From: Azolla caroliniana
Taxonomy: Eukaryota; Plantae; Polypodiophyta
DNA: 64,000 nucleotides
Direction of reading: 5' to 3'
Assembly (NCBI GenBank): GCA_043228905.1
Contig: JBHGNT010000021.1
Location: forward strand, 5,146,001 to 5,210,000
Shown here piece by piece: positions 36,376 to 49,658 of this stretch (within the stretch, counting starts at the first letter, position 1; the number at the start of each line of letters is the position of its first letter). The notes below the pieces were generated by a model. That model made no database searches. It was not told the DNA's origin and saw only the letters and a list, made by a program, of their open reading frames with translations. Made by a program: the position numbers and the translations under genes.

Positions 36376-39139
36376 TCAAAGAAGCCCTTTCGCTCTACAA
36401 CATTGGATGGCACCATCGAACATGTCTTCGAGCGTATGTTCATATTCAAAACCAAGGTTTTTAAGCTTAGACGAATCAAAATAATGTCGCAATGCCTCTC
36501 TCGAATATGCCAAGCTACAAACAAATCAAAAAGATAAAAAAAGAGAGTAAAATCCACGATCGTATGAACATAAAAAATAAACAAGAAAGACAAAAAATAA
36601 AGTTTTAAATAAATGTTAAAACACATTTGCAATTACTCTGTTGGGATTTTGAACTCGGGATATCGTTTGGTGATAAGATTCACCAAATCTTCAACGGATG
36701 CATGTATTGAAGAGCATATGTAGCGACCCTTTGCCGTTGGGTGCTCATACAAAAAGATAAAAGCCCGCATCGCATCGTCTATGTGGAGGTACGATATGAG
36801 TTGGAGGAATAGTAAATGGAAATACTCCCCTAAAGAATGACCACGTAAATTACATCTTCGTTCATGGCGCATTTTATGTATGTGTAAGAACTTTAAAGAA
36901 CAATGTGGAGAAAATACTTACTTTTTGCCTTCAACACCTCAAAAATGGACAACAATTTGAAGCCTGAAGTACATAGAGAAAAGTTTATTCGGACAATTTT
37001 ACCTGTGATAAGGGCCAAGGAATCGTTTACACTCTTCGGGGTCCTCGAGAGCAAGAATGGCCCACTCACGAGGGACGCATTGATAATAACCAAATCCATA
37101 TTGTGGTCTTGTGCGAATTGAATGGCCGCTTTATCTCCGAGAGTTTTCGCCACAATGTATGGCTAGAGAAAACTCCATCACATTCAGTAAAAACACACAC
37201 ACACATAGACACAAATGGGACTTCTTTCATATTTACCAAACTAGAAATATACATGGAACTCAACAAATCAAGAACATGTCATTTCAATTGCTAAGCCTAA
37301 AACTACTGAATTCAATTAGGAATCCACTGAAATCAACTAATCAATTACTTCTTAAACCCTAAATCCCCAAGGGGCTAAAGCAATAAAAGCCCACTCAAAC
37401 CACTCATGGACTTCAAAATAATCAGATATTGATTCGAGACTCTTAAATTCATAACTGGTACATCCAAGTAATACATGGAATTCAACAAACAAGCTAAATG
37501 GATCTCCTAAAACCGCCTAACCCAGAAAATCCTAAAGCTTCCTAAGCATTATAACTTCAAATCCTGTACAACCTTGGACCCACTACTCAAGCACTAGATT
37601 ATTTATTTCATGTTGAGAAAACTGGCATATATGAGTGCTTACCCAGCCAGGGATCTTGCTCTTAGTTACAAAGTCGACATCGGTCCAACAAGTCTCATCA
37701 TATACTTTATCCGCTACGTCCTTGCCCCCAAATCGAATGGCGGATATGGAAGAAACGTGGACAACACGCTTTACCGATGGTGATTTGATACAAGCCCTGA
37801 ACACATTAAGAATACCTTGGACGGATGGATCGATAACATCCCTCTACAAGAAAGTTAACACATAAATGTCATATGGTGTATGATCTCGAAACGCTTAATC
37901 GATTAGTAAAAAGAATGGTTAAATAAAGTAAATCGGGTCCTTCATTCAATTGATTTATTGCAGAACACAAGATGAGTGCTCAAAAATCTAGTTTATTGAT
38001 GGAATGAATGGTTGAATCTGAGTCCAGGAACATCATACAAATGAGAATGTGCATCTATTAGTGAAATAAATACTGAATCACGGCCAAGGGCATTATAAGA
38101 ATAAAAACCTTAAAATCTACCAATCATAATCAAGCCTGAAAAACAAAACATGAATCAAAACCTCAAATCTATTGATCAGATCAATAGTTTAATAAAGGAT
38201 GATTACATTGCATGAAAAAAGGAAAACCTATAGTTCAATTCAGCCCAAAACATAAATTCTTATGTCATCCATCAGAAAATGGCCAAATCAACGAGTCCAC
38301 GATCACCACCATATAGATATAATTTTAGTCCACCAATCCAATGATGGATACAAATCTCCCTTTTACAATCAAATTAACAAACCGATCAAACAAGCAGATG
38401 AATAAAAATCTTAATCTATCAAGCAACTAAAAGAAATGAGTGAATCAACAGCTTAATCGAACAACCCAAGGCATGGATGAAAATCTTAATCTATTGGTCG
38501 AGAACGTAATATATCAATCAAATGAATGAATCATTAAAGCTAGCCTGAGAACATGTTAGGAGCAACCTGTGGATCTTCAGGATATAAACACATGGGGCCT
38601 GCCAAATGGAAGACACCATTGCAACCCTTAACATGCTCATCAAAGTCTCCTTCCACAAGAAGATCGGCTTTCACAATCTCCAATCGTTGAGCCAATGCTG
38701 GATCAATTTCTAACAAAGGTTGCAGATCTTGCTTATCCTCTGCCATTATTAAAAACCAAAAAGAAATGGCCCAACATTGTTACAATTATTGCTATTCCGA
38801 AAATCTTTTTTTCCTTTTTCTTTACTGAATTCTGGCCAAATTGACAACATGGTTATATTCATTGGATAAAAAAAAAAATTAGAAAAAAATGGTAGCAGAA
38901 GACAAGATGCCCTGATGAATTTAATTATGTACCTCACACAAGCGCAGGATGAAATTTTTTTTATACAAAGAAACATAAAGATATATTATGAAGAGAAGAG
39001 AAGATAGGAGAAATATAAGTGGACCTGGGTTCAATACCGAAGCTCGGACTCGGTATCCTCTTTCGAGGAGCCGCAAGACGAGCATTGACCCGAGATAACC
39101 CGAGCTACCAGTCACCAACACTGTGCTGTGTGCTGCCAT
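36376..39139 (-). CDS. DFR: DFR-like extended SDR paralog B, complete, 326 aa: join(39139-39025, 38739-38567, 37843-37643, 37162-37003, 36829-36637, 36514-36376)
   Basis: Six GT-AG exons of 115/173/201/160/193/139 nt give an open 981-nt CDS with DFR-like intron positions; GSSGYLG, catalytic Ser (VSSIS), [49 protein letters not shown]. Confidence 0.92.
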
Positions 39140-39159
39140 GGAGACCTTCCTCAAACCCC

Positions 39160-39385
39160 CCAAAAAACCCTAATCCTGGAAGGAAGCCCTATACCCAAAA
39201 CCCTAATCCACGAGCAAAAATAAATAAAAAAGGCCAAAAACCCTAATCCTGGAAGGAAGCCCTATACCCAAAAACCCTAATCCTAGAGCATAAAAAAAAA
39301 AGCCCAAAAAACCCTAATCCTGGAAGGAAGCTCTATATCCAAAAACCCTAATCCTAGACCATAAAAACAAGCCCAAAAACCCTGG
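39160..39385. repeat. Three ~72-bp tandem units carrying six telo-boxes (AAACCCTAA) just upstream of the DFR-B ATG
   Basis: AAACCCTAA at 39165, 39198, 39238, 39272, 39309 and 39343; paralog A has one unit with a single intact box (780-788). Confidence 0.85.
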
Positions 39386-39458
39386 TTTTATTAAATCCCT
39401 AGACACACACACACACAGAGAGAGCAAGTTACATGTGTTGTATGAAGGAAATGGAGGG

Positions 39459-39854
39459 CTCGTCATTATTCGACATCATGAGGTTCATAAATGCGAAGAA
39501 ACTCGAAAAACAAAAGTATAAAAAAACAAAATTAACAAAAAAAAAAAAAAAAAAAAAAAAACAGTAGAAAAAAGAAGAAGAATAAGAGACAGAAAATCTG
39601 TTAAATTAAAATTGTCGGTGGTAGTTCTTCTATTCTTTTTTATTTCTCTCTCTCTCTCTCTCTCTCTCTTTCATTTTCTTTCCTAGTGTCTTAGAAATCT
39701 CATTCTATCTTCTCTTTTTATATATTTGTGCTTGGACTGGACGGCCCTGATCATCCGAGATTCCTCCCTAGACGAGATCAGGGCCGTCCAAGCCCTAGAT
39801 TCACTCACTCCTCCTTCACATTTATGAGCTCCATGATGTCTCAATAGAAACGAG
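39459..39854. mobile_element. MITE-like foldback insertion upstream of DFR-B
   Basis: ~40-bp imperfect terminal inverted repeats; internal hairpin GGACGGCCCTGATC/GATCAGGGCCGTCC (39739-39789); absent from the homologous region of paralog A; no clear TSD. Confidence 0.65.
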
Positions 39855-39974
39855 TGTTTCATGCTCTCTCAGTACGGAGAGTACTAAGAGAGTAATGTGT
39901 TGAGAGAGTAATGTGTGAGATGGGGATGGGAAGAGAGAGAGAGAGAGAGAGATTAACTTCTTCTGAGGCCAAAA

Positions 39975-40200
39975 TTGGCCCACAACACAATTGGCCCACG
40001 AGACAATTAGTTTTAAATTGGCCCTAATGTGAGATGGGGATGGGAAGAGAGAGAGAGAGAGAGAGATTAACTACTTCCGAGGCCAATGGCCCACAAGACA
40101 ATTAATTTTAAATTGACCGCACGAGACAATTGGTTTAAAATTGGCCCACGACACAATTGGCACATGAGACAATTGGTTTAAAATTGGCCTCATGAGACAA
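39975..40200. promoter_or_regulatory. Cluster of site II/TCP-type GGCCCAC motifs in short repeats
   Basis: GGCCCAC at 39977, 39993, 40088 and 40143 within repeated AATTGGCCCACGAGACAATT-like units. Confidence 0.45.
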
Positions 40201-40659
40201 TTGGTTTACAACAAAATATGATATATATTTATTTATTTATTTATTTTTTTCAATCCTCAAAAATACAACAAATAAAAAATAGAACTTAACACTAAAAGAG
40301 TTTTAAGTATTGTATAAAATGTGTTATGGTGTAAACATATTCGAGGAGGTCTGGTTTCATTTCCATCCAAGCCTCTTCGAAAAGAAGTGGGACGTCAAAG
40401 GGTCTCGGTGCAGAAGGTTACCCCCCAACCATGGCTTCTAGGCGGTCGAGTTCACATTTCCTTATTTTCTTAATTGCTTTAAAACCCGACATCCGAGGGC
40501 ATTTGGTTCTTTTTTGGTTTCCTGCTTCATCAAGGAAGAGGCCAAGTGGTGCAGCTGTGTCCACATTCGTCGTCTCCCTTTGTCCTTGAAAAACTTCATT
40601 TGTTACATGTTGGTGAATCTTAGAAACGTTATCGTCAACATTTTGTAGTTTATTTGCTC

Positions 40660-40870
40660 AATATTGTTTTTGTTCTAAGATATATCTGCCTAATTTCTTT
40701 ATATATCTAGAGTATCTAATAGTTTGGGAAGGGTGGGAGAGGGATTGAGTATGTCCCGGTATTTTGCCCTTATCTCGGTGTAAGTTGGACACTTGTATGT
40801 AAAGTGGTACTCATCCTCTATCTCTATGTGACATAATCTACATATCCTTTCCTCTCTAGGGACGCCATTA
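40660..40870 (-). mobile_element. 3' fragment of an RTE/RTEX-like LINE ORF2 (Cys/His C-terminus)
   Basis: Minus-strand GVPREERICRLCHIEIEDEYHFTYKCPTYTEIRAKY. Confidence 0.7.
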
Positions 40871-42130
40871 GAAGAGAGATATTAACTTCTTCTAAAGACC
40901 GAATTTGGCCTGGCTCATCTGAGAAAATTGGTTTACAACAAAATGGGATGTTTGCCTAATCATCGGAAATAAAAATAAAAATAAAACCTCAAATAAAATA
41001 TCTATAATGTACAAAAAGACTAAATATCGGATTCGATAATCCATCGGCGACAATGTTCTGGGGACCGTAGCGATACTGCAGAGTGAACGTGTAATCTTGC
41101 AGCGCCAAAGCCCAACGGAGTAAGCGACCGGGTGGGTGAGCCTTCCGTATGGGGAAGAGCAATGGTTGATGGTCGGTTTCGACTTGTGTTTGATTCATGT
41201 AGGTACGGGTGGAAATAGTGGAATGCCTGGACGATGGCGAGTAGCTCTTTTTCGGTTGTTGAGTAATTCTGCTCGGCTTTGGTAAGTGACCGGCTTATGT
41301 AGACAATCAGGCGTAGTTGGTCATTGTCGTCGGATTGTAGCAGGACCACGTCGAGGCCGACGTTGGAGGCATCCGTCTACAGATGGAAAGGCTTCGTGAA
41401 ATTGAGGTGTACCAATAGGTTGGAGGCTTGGAGCATTGGCTTGAGCTGCATGAAGTTGCATTCGCAGGCGTCGGTCCATAGAAAAGGTGCATCTTTTTGC
41501 AAGAGCGCGCGTAGTGGGGCTAACAAGTCGACTAGCCGTGGGATGAAGCGGAGAGAGAACGTGAGGAGCCTGAGGAAACGTTGAAGCTGCTTGACTGTGG
41601 CGGGGCATGGGAATTTTTGAATTGCTTCTGTCTTCTCTGGGTCCATCTGTATTCCGTTGAAGGAGATGACGTATCCAAGGAAGCGGAGACACGTACTACC
41701 CCAACGACACTTCTTCTATTGCAGCTGCAATCGATAGCATTGAACACGAGTTAGGACCTCCTAAAGGACTTGGAGGTGTTCTGCCCACGTGGTTGTATGT
41801 ATCAGAATATCGTCTAGATAGACGATGATGATGCGACAGGTGATGAGATTGTCGAAGATGGCATTAGCCATTCGCTATAATGTGCTCCCAGCGTCGGATA
41901 GGCCGAAGGGCATCTGTGTGAACTGAAGCCTTTCCTGGTGCGGAATGTAGTTTTGTGGGCGTCTTCAGTGTTCATGGGGATCCGCCGGTATCCCAAGGCC
42001 AAGTCGAGGGAGGAGAAGTACTTTGATTTGCCGAGCTCATCGAGGAGCTCATCGATACAAGGGAGAGGATATCGGTCATGGGTGGTGATGTGGTTCAGTT
42101 GTCGGAAGTCGACATAGAAACGGTAAGATC

Positions 42131-43083
42131 TATTACAAAGGCGCTACGGCTCTTCTGTGTGCACAACGGATAGTGATGTGTTGGATCGCTCAGTGCTCAA
42201 GACAGAAAGGGGAAAGGGAAGGAGACTTACCTTTGCACAATCCAAAAAGCTTCTACTTCATTACACGCATAGCTCAACTTGCTCTCATCTGTTTTCTGTT
42301 TTCTGTTCTTACTCTACACTCTCGCTCTTCTACTTACTACTTCTACTTACTTTTTACCTAAGTTATAAGTGACTTGTATATGCAGCTAATTAGCTGTCAG
42401 TAGCTAAATAGTTGTCAGCATAGATTGACACATGTGTGATATTCGTGATATTCTCCATGCGCAATATTGTCAATATTCGAGAATACAAAATGGCCCCAAG
42501 AATATTAAAAAACCATTTGTTTTGTAAAATAAATATAAAAAATTATTTATTTATTTAAATAAATGTATTTCACCAAAAAAAAAAAATCATTAATAGATTC
42601 TAGTGTCAAGAGAGTTTATGAAACTTATTTTAATTAATTAATTTTTAAAAAATGAATATTTTTATATTTATTATACAAATATGATTAGTATGAACTTTGA
42701 AGATATGATTAGTTTGGAGTGTCATTTTTAATGTCAAGATAAAAATATCCATAAATTTTGAGGAAATAAAAAGTGAGAATTTAATGAGCCTTTATTTTAT
42801 TTTATCTTAGGAAAAAAAAAATTTAAAAGTTTTTTTTTTTGTGGGGGGGGTGGGGGGGTAAAACGAATACTTGACTACCCATTCGTATTCGTATTCGTTT
42901 GCATTCGAATGGGAAACCCCACGAATGCGAATATGTCAATCTATGGCTGTTAGTAGCTAAATAGTTGTGCATAGCTAAATAGCTGTTTCACCTTTATGTC
43001 CACTAGCAGCTAATTAGCTAATAGCTATTATAGCTTATTTCTGAATAAGCATCACATAGCTTTGTTGAGCTTGCTTCTCAACA
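42131..43083. mobile_element. Solo LTR-like insertion in the Gypsy RT
   Basis: TA..CA ends; perfect TSD AGATC; removal rejoins KKGDGS-YRFYVD. Confidence 0.75.
42419..42945. mobile_element. hAT-like MITE nested in the solo LTR
   Basis: 15-bp TIR CATAGATTGACA(C/T)AT; 8-bp TSD GTTGTCAG/GCTGTTAG; AT-rich interior. Confidence 0.8.
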
Positions 43084-45019
43084 AGATCCATCCCCCTTTT
43101 TTACCATGTGTGGTTCTGAGATACACTCCCTCTTGGAGGGTGTGATGATTCCTTGTTGTAACATAGTTTTGATGGCGTTATCGATGCGCTCGTGGTTGAG
43201 AGGGGAGTGACGTCAAGGGGCTACGTTGATGGGGTGGGCGTTGCTTGTAGGGATCGTGTGGTGGATCGGAAAGCGGGCCGAGGGAGGTTGTGCAGGTGAT
43301 GTAGACAACGAGGGAAAGGTATGTAGGAGTCGTCAGATGTTGTGGATGCGCTCTGTCGGTGATACCAGGCACTGTGCATTGATGATGTGGGTGGTATCTC
43401 ATAGGTTGGTGAAGAGCGTGATCAGAAGGTGATTGGGTAGGACGAGCTACTACGAGGAGAAACCGTCGCAGCCCAGAGTGATTGGGAACAACTATCATGG
43501 GAGAATGTAGAAATGATGTTAGATCTGGGTGAAATTGATGGTGAGCGTGCATGTGACTTGTTTATGTGAGTGGTACAACCGTCCCTGGTTGTTGAATTGT
43601 ATTTTAATGGGCAGTGTGTGGCTCGTGGGAAGTTGCAACTAGGGTGACTAAGTCTACACTAATGAAATAAATGATGATGCCGAAGTCGAGGAGTACTTCT
43701 TGGGTCATGTGTTGGAGGGGGGCAAGTGTGGTATAGACAGGAGAAGTTGATGACGTGCGGGCGCGACTCTCCCAACGACACCCCGCGGATTAGTTTTTCG
43801 ATAGCTCAAAGAGGGAGATAGCGTCAACTAATTGGACGTTCTACTTCTATTGTTGGTTTTGCCACTTTCTGTAGTGACGCTAGACGTGGCCATAGTTGTT
43901 GCAGTAGAAACATTTGGGGCGTCCCTAGTTGTCTCGTTCAGGCAAGGCACACTTGGCGTGTAACTGCGCATTCTAAACGTCGATGTCCATGGGAGTGGCA
44001 GTTGGCGTAGTGTTTGTATGATCGTGACTGAGATTATCTGGTGTGTGTAGGTCGTGGGTGTATGCAGCTTTGATACGTTGGGCGGTGAGGATGGTTTCGT
44101 GTAGTGTCTTCGGGCCTTGATCATGTACCCAACGGCGGAGGTCATGCCTGATGCGCATGTCCTCTCATGTCTTCTGACATGTTGGGGTCATCCCGCCGTC
44201 TGCACAAACCAAACCGCGAACTGGGTGATGGGTTCACGTGGTTGTTGGGCGATTGACTTGAGTTTCTGTAGGGCCGTCTGCCAAGAGTCCTAATGTGTGA
44301 AACTCCGAATCATGGTTGCCCATATTAGGTCCCAGTTGTTGTGTGTCTCCTCGGGTTGCTGCACGAGCCTTGTTGTTGCGACATTCTCGAGGAGTGTCTT
44401 CATTTCCATTGCCTTCGGGGGGTGTGGCCATTGGTGGTAACTAGCCACCATTTTAAATTATCCAACCAAGAGAGGACATCCTTTGATGGTAGGCCACAAA
44501 ATGTTTTTGGGCGAACTCGGGGGTCCGGGAGATTCTACTGTGGCTCGGATCGTGCTGAGAGGAATGACAACATGGCTTGGTTAGTATGGTTAACCTGTAA
44601 AATAATGTTGGACATTGCCTGAACCAGTTGGTCGATTGGCAATGTGCGTTGATGCTCTTGAGTTTGTTGTTGCAGGAATTCTGGATTCATGGAGTTTGTG
44701 TTGTTGTTGTTGTCATGATGCATTGTGGCGTGTGTTGTTGAGGTCATGAGTTGGGGCTGCACTGCACGTCTTCTCCACCAGGATGTGAAGTGCTCCGAAA
44801 ATAGCTTGCTTTCCATTAAGTTCAAGTTACATCTTATAGGCACTACTCTTAGCGTGGCAGATGTTTTCCCGCTCCAATTGGTTATGGGGAGTTGCACTAA
44901 TTGTGGGGAGCTGACCGAGCCCTAATTTGGGTGTGGTCAATATGACCCTGGTTAGGTGGGGCCTTGGTTAAGGTTCGTGGTAATACCACAATATATATAT
45001 ATGTACTTTTTTGGATCCA

Positions 45020-47335
45020 AAATTTTGTGATTTATTTGATTTGGTATTGTGCTAGAATTTTTCCTTTATGATTTGGTATGCACAAAAAATAAATTCAACA
45101 TGTTCTTGTTGACATTATCGCTTGTAGGAGAGTGGCCGGTTAAAAGTTTAAAATTCCAGTTAGGTTCATAAGAAGCAAGAAAATTTTTGGTAGGGGCTAG
45201 AGACTTTGCCCAACACTAGTGGTGGATTTAACTCCCAATGATTTCCTTAAAAACATATTTTGAATCTTCTCAATCTTATTCCATGCATTACGTGGAGAGA
45301 TAGTATAGTGTCTCCCCACACCTCTACTCCACTACTCCATAAAGGAAAACTTAAGTTATCATGGCATTATTTTCCATCCATGAATATAAATTTCGTTGCA
45401 TTTATTTTCCAACATGTAATCACTTTTCTAACCAACTTGAAGTCTAAACTCAATGCATATGCTCCATTTATTTGTGGTAGGAACATCGACACTAAGATAC
45501 TTAAAGCTTTGTAAAAATTGTACATGTTCTCTTGTATATGTAAGCATAGGGTATTGGTGGGGTTGAATGTAGAGAGATACTATAGTGTCTCCCCACACCT
45601 CCACTCCATAAAGGAAAACTTAAGTTATCATGGCATTATTTTCTATCCATGAATATAAATTTGGTTGCATTTATTTTCCAACATATAATCACTTTTCCAA
45701 CCAACTTGAAGTCTAGATTCAAAGCACATGTTCCATTTATTTGTGGCAGGAACATGGACACCAAAATACTTAAAGCTTTGTAAAAATTGTACATGTTCTC
45801 TCGTATATGTAAGCATAGGGTATTAGTGAGGTTGAATGTGGAGAGATATTATAGTGTCTCCCCACACCTCTACTCCATAAAGGAAAACTTAAGTTATCAA
45901 GGCATTATTTTCTATCCATGAATATAAATTTGGTTGCATTTATTTTCCAACATATTACCACTTTTCCAACCAACTTGAAGTCTAGACTCAATGCATATGC
46001 TCCATTTATTTGTGGCAGGAACATCGTGTTGAGAATCGACCAGCCACAACCGGTTTACACGTATGTGTTCGGGTGCACAAAATACTATATAGGCAGTACA
46101 CAGACAAAAAAATGAGAAGACGGCGACACAAGATATTTAACATGGAAACCCCAACTGGGAAAAAACCATAGGAAGTCCACAAACTCCAAAACAGATCACT
46201 ATGGTAGAGGAGAAGTACAATGAGAAACTCGGAGGCAACAATCTCGAGTTCACCTTCGTCTGACAGACGGCTACAGAGTTACACTCTCACTCTCTCTCTT
46301 ACACACTCTCTCTGTCTTACCCAATTACAAAGGCCACTACCTTCTTGTAACTCACAACGTAATCATACACTAATGATCTACTACAATGATTCTACATTTT
46401 CTAAAGTTTGCCCTAGCTGTTTATATACTAAAACAACTTTCTGGTTATCTACAAGTATAGCCCACAAAGGGCACATTTAGACTATTTACAAACATAGTCT
46501 TTCGAATCAGTGGTATAAACGATTCTCGATTTCGGTTTCGGGAAATCAATTTTCATCCTTGGCCTATCAGCCTCAACTGAGCTTGTTCTTCGATTTGGCT
46601 CATCCCATATTGGGGGACCTGGTTTTCCCAACACGTCGACACCAAAATACTTAAAGCTTTGTAAAAATTGTACATGTTCTCTCGTATATGTAAGCATAGG
46701 GTATTGGGGAGGTTGAATGGTTCACACTACCATCATTTTTGTTTTATCCTCATTTACAATTAGTCCACCACTTTGGCAAAATGCTTCTAATGCTCCAAGT
46801 AAACATTGCATACCAAGAAGATAACCACATCATCTGCATATAAAAGCTATAATGTAACTTGTTGCATAAAGTTTGGGGCATCTAATCCTTTTTCTCTTGC
46901 AAAGCTATTCACCACTTCTTCCAATTTATCAATGCATAAACCAAAGAGTGTATGTGATAATGGACATCCTTGTTTAACCCCCTTTGTTACATAAAAAGTA
47001 TTAAGAGAAACCATTCTCAATTTTTTGTTGGCATCTAGCTTGTTCATATAATCGTGTAATAGCAACTTGATACTCTAATGACACCCAATTTCCACCATTC
47101 TATTCCAAAACTCACTTTGTGGTATTGTATCAAATGTTTAAAAATTAAATAAAACAAAGAAACAATAGAGTGTCTTTCCTTGTAGTTGACTTTCTTCTAT
47201 AATTACTCTTACTGTAACAAGGTGATCTACCATTATTGTGATGTGTGAAATGCATAGTTGGAATTAAGTTAAACTAGAAATATTAAAAAGGTTGAATATA
47301 GATCGAGGGTGTGGTAAGAAAGACATCTTGTCAGT
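45020..47335. repeat. Duplicate of ~26225-28280 (LINE RT fragment plus solo LTR at 46027-46633)
   Basis: Collinear high identity including the same solo-LTR insertion site (TSD CATCG/CGTCG). Confidence 0.9.
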
Positions 47336-47495
47336 TGGATGGGAAGAGAGAGAGAGACACAGAGAGAAAGAAGAAAGAAAGATATATTAACTTCTTCTTG
47401 AGAGAGTAATGTGAGATGGGGATGGGAAGAGAGAGAGAGAGAGAGCTTTCAGTCGGTTTCCCTTTCCACTCTTGCGTGGAATTCCTTGAAGACAA

Positions 47496-47862
47496 TGTTG
47501 TGGCGAAAACCGGCCACAAGAAGATATGGAGATCAAAGGCGTGTGAACCACAGCATGCACAGAGGCATGCTAATTATAAACTATGCATGTAAATAACCTA
47601 GGACTAGGCTAGGTTGTCGTGACGTATTACACTTTAATAGGAGGAATAAATATAGGCGAATCTTTGTCCGAAACGGCAGAGAATAACTACTTGATGTAAC
47701 AACCCCCTCTCTCTCCTAGGGGGGGTCTATAAAAGGAGGGAGAGAGGATTGAGTTAAGGGGCGTGAATGAAGTGTTGCCAGACTGGGGACCGAGCGTTGT
47801 TCTCTATTTCATTCCCTACCGGAGTTCTTTACCGGACGCCTCTGTTCGTGCAAGAAGCCCGT
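47496..47862 (+). mobile_element. 5' part of an older Gypsy LTR related to the Gypsy-2 LTRs
   Basis: TGTTGTGGCGAAAACCGG start; TATAAAAGGAGGG...GAAGTGTTGCCAGACT shared with LTRs at 47863 and 62059. Confidence 0.6.
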
Positions 47863-49658
47863 TGTCGTGGAGAAAATCGGCCTTAGGTGGAATTAGGGAG
47901 TTGGGCACATGAAAACGGCACTTACGTGTGTGCACTCAAACCTACACTCTGTACATAACTAGGGATAGGCCGACGTGATGTGCATATCCTAGGAAATATA
48001 TATTAATAGGCTAGTAAATCGAAGCGAATCTCTGTCCGAAGGGACAAAGAATAAAAGTGATGTGACAGGATGTAATGGTCCCTCCTCGGCGGCCTATAAA
48101 CGAGAGGGGGGTAAGACTAGAAAGGTATCGCGTTTTTGGGCAAGGATGAGGTGTTGTCAGACTAGGAATCGAGCTCTCTCCTCCTCTATCTATTTATATT
48201 CTTTGCAAGTTTTCGGAGTCGGTTGCCTCTGCTTCGAGGAAAGCCCATGTGCTTCCGGCAAAGGCTCTACTGCATATGTGTGCGTGGGTGTGTGATTGTC
48301 TGGGTTGGGTCTTCCGCCATCTAGCCGGTTGTAATCTTGCAAATATTGTAATCGTTACTGATATTGTAATTGAATCTCCTGTTTTTGTCTATATGTGCTT
48401 CTGTGTGTCTCCCTTTTTCCTCGAGAGTGCTTCTTGTTCAGTCGGTATACACGTTGGTGGTTCATTCAACTGGCAAGCGCTGTCAGTTGTAAACAGGCCT
48501 AACCGGCCCTACGCTTGTGCGCTTATCCCTTCCTCTTCTTTCTCTTGCTCCTCGGTTCAGGGCCCCCATGGTCCCGCCTTATTTCTCACGCGAAAGCGAA
48601 ACAACACGACATTATTTGGTGAACCCGATGTGAAACAAGGCGGTAGAGGAGTCGAAGATGAGGGGATCGGAGCTCGCCGAAGCCATGGCAGCAGCAGTCG
48701 ATCAGATAGTAAGTGCTCGCGAGGGCACGAGCGCCCTCGACAAGGCCATTGAAGCAATTGTCGGCAAAATAGGACGGTTCGGTGGGAAGGACGCCACGAT
48801 CTATTTGGAGGCCTACCGAGCCGAGATGGTGATGAGGGACATTCTGGAGGATAGGCGTCTGACCGGGTTTCCTCGGGTGGTGACACCCGGCATCCACACA
48901 GAGGTGCTCGAGGTATAGGCTGGATGCCGGACCTCGGGAGAATTCGAAGCACGGCTCCTCGAAAGGTACGGTCTTAATGACACGCTTCAGTTATCGAAGC
49001 GGGACTTCACGGAGTGGGTGGAGACCCCTAGAAAGGGGAGGAATGGGTCGGCGCTCCTCCGAGATTTCGAAGAATGCTTCGCACGGCTCTCGGCACTGGA
49101 CAAGACCGTGCTAGACACGAGCCGTGTCCTGTTGTTCGTCATAGTGGTGGACGTGCAGGATCAGTATCAAGTAGGTCTCCTACTGGAGACAGATGATGGG
49201 TTGACGACCAACTGGGCCACTGTCAAAATAGTCTGCAGCCGTTTCGACAAGCGGCGTGAGTGGGGCGACGAGGGATCGTCGGCGGCGAGACCCGTCCCGA
49301 CAAGGAAGTTCGATGAGCCTTCGCCGGCATGAAAAGAGGAAACTCGTGATTGGCTTGAGATGGGCTCAACATCGACCGGCGCGGTCAACAGCCCATTCGG
49401 AGGAGCAGCTCTTGAGGAGCTGACACAAATGGTGCGCGACTTGCAGATCGCGCAGGCCCGGAGAGATAGTGGAGGGAAGCCACATGACCGGAGGCCACCA
49501 GTTGGACAACGGAGTATGTGGTGCGACGCGGTCGGACACAGCCGACGAGACTGCGTGGAGTTTGCCGAAGCCCTCAGGGGTAATGTGGTGTACCTGTGGA
49601 ACGGACAGGTGCACGCTGGTGATACCTGGAGAGCCGTGGAGACAAATTTCGGGTGCGG

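Larger units (their letters stand above)
41035..44900 (-). mobile_element. Degenerate Ty3/Gypsy internal region (gag, protease, RT, RNase H); integrase and LTRs missing
   Basis: YRFYVDFRQLN, RYPLPCIDELLD, YLDDI, DASNVGL, NYSTTEKELLAIV, TDHQPL, NIVADGLS. Confidence 0.85.

Noticed and set aside
36324-36632. 102-aa minus-strand ORF as the last DFR exon
   Set aside because: Wrong frame; the real exon 6 is 36514-36376 in another frame.
47338-47445. Third DFR paralog suggested by a copy of the upstream GA-rich repeat
   Set aside because: No DFR exon nearby; only a short non-coding repeat also seen at 39890-40075 and 40872-40950.
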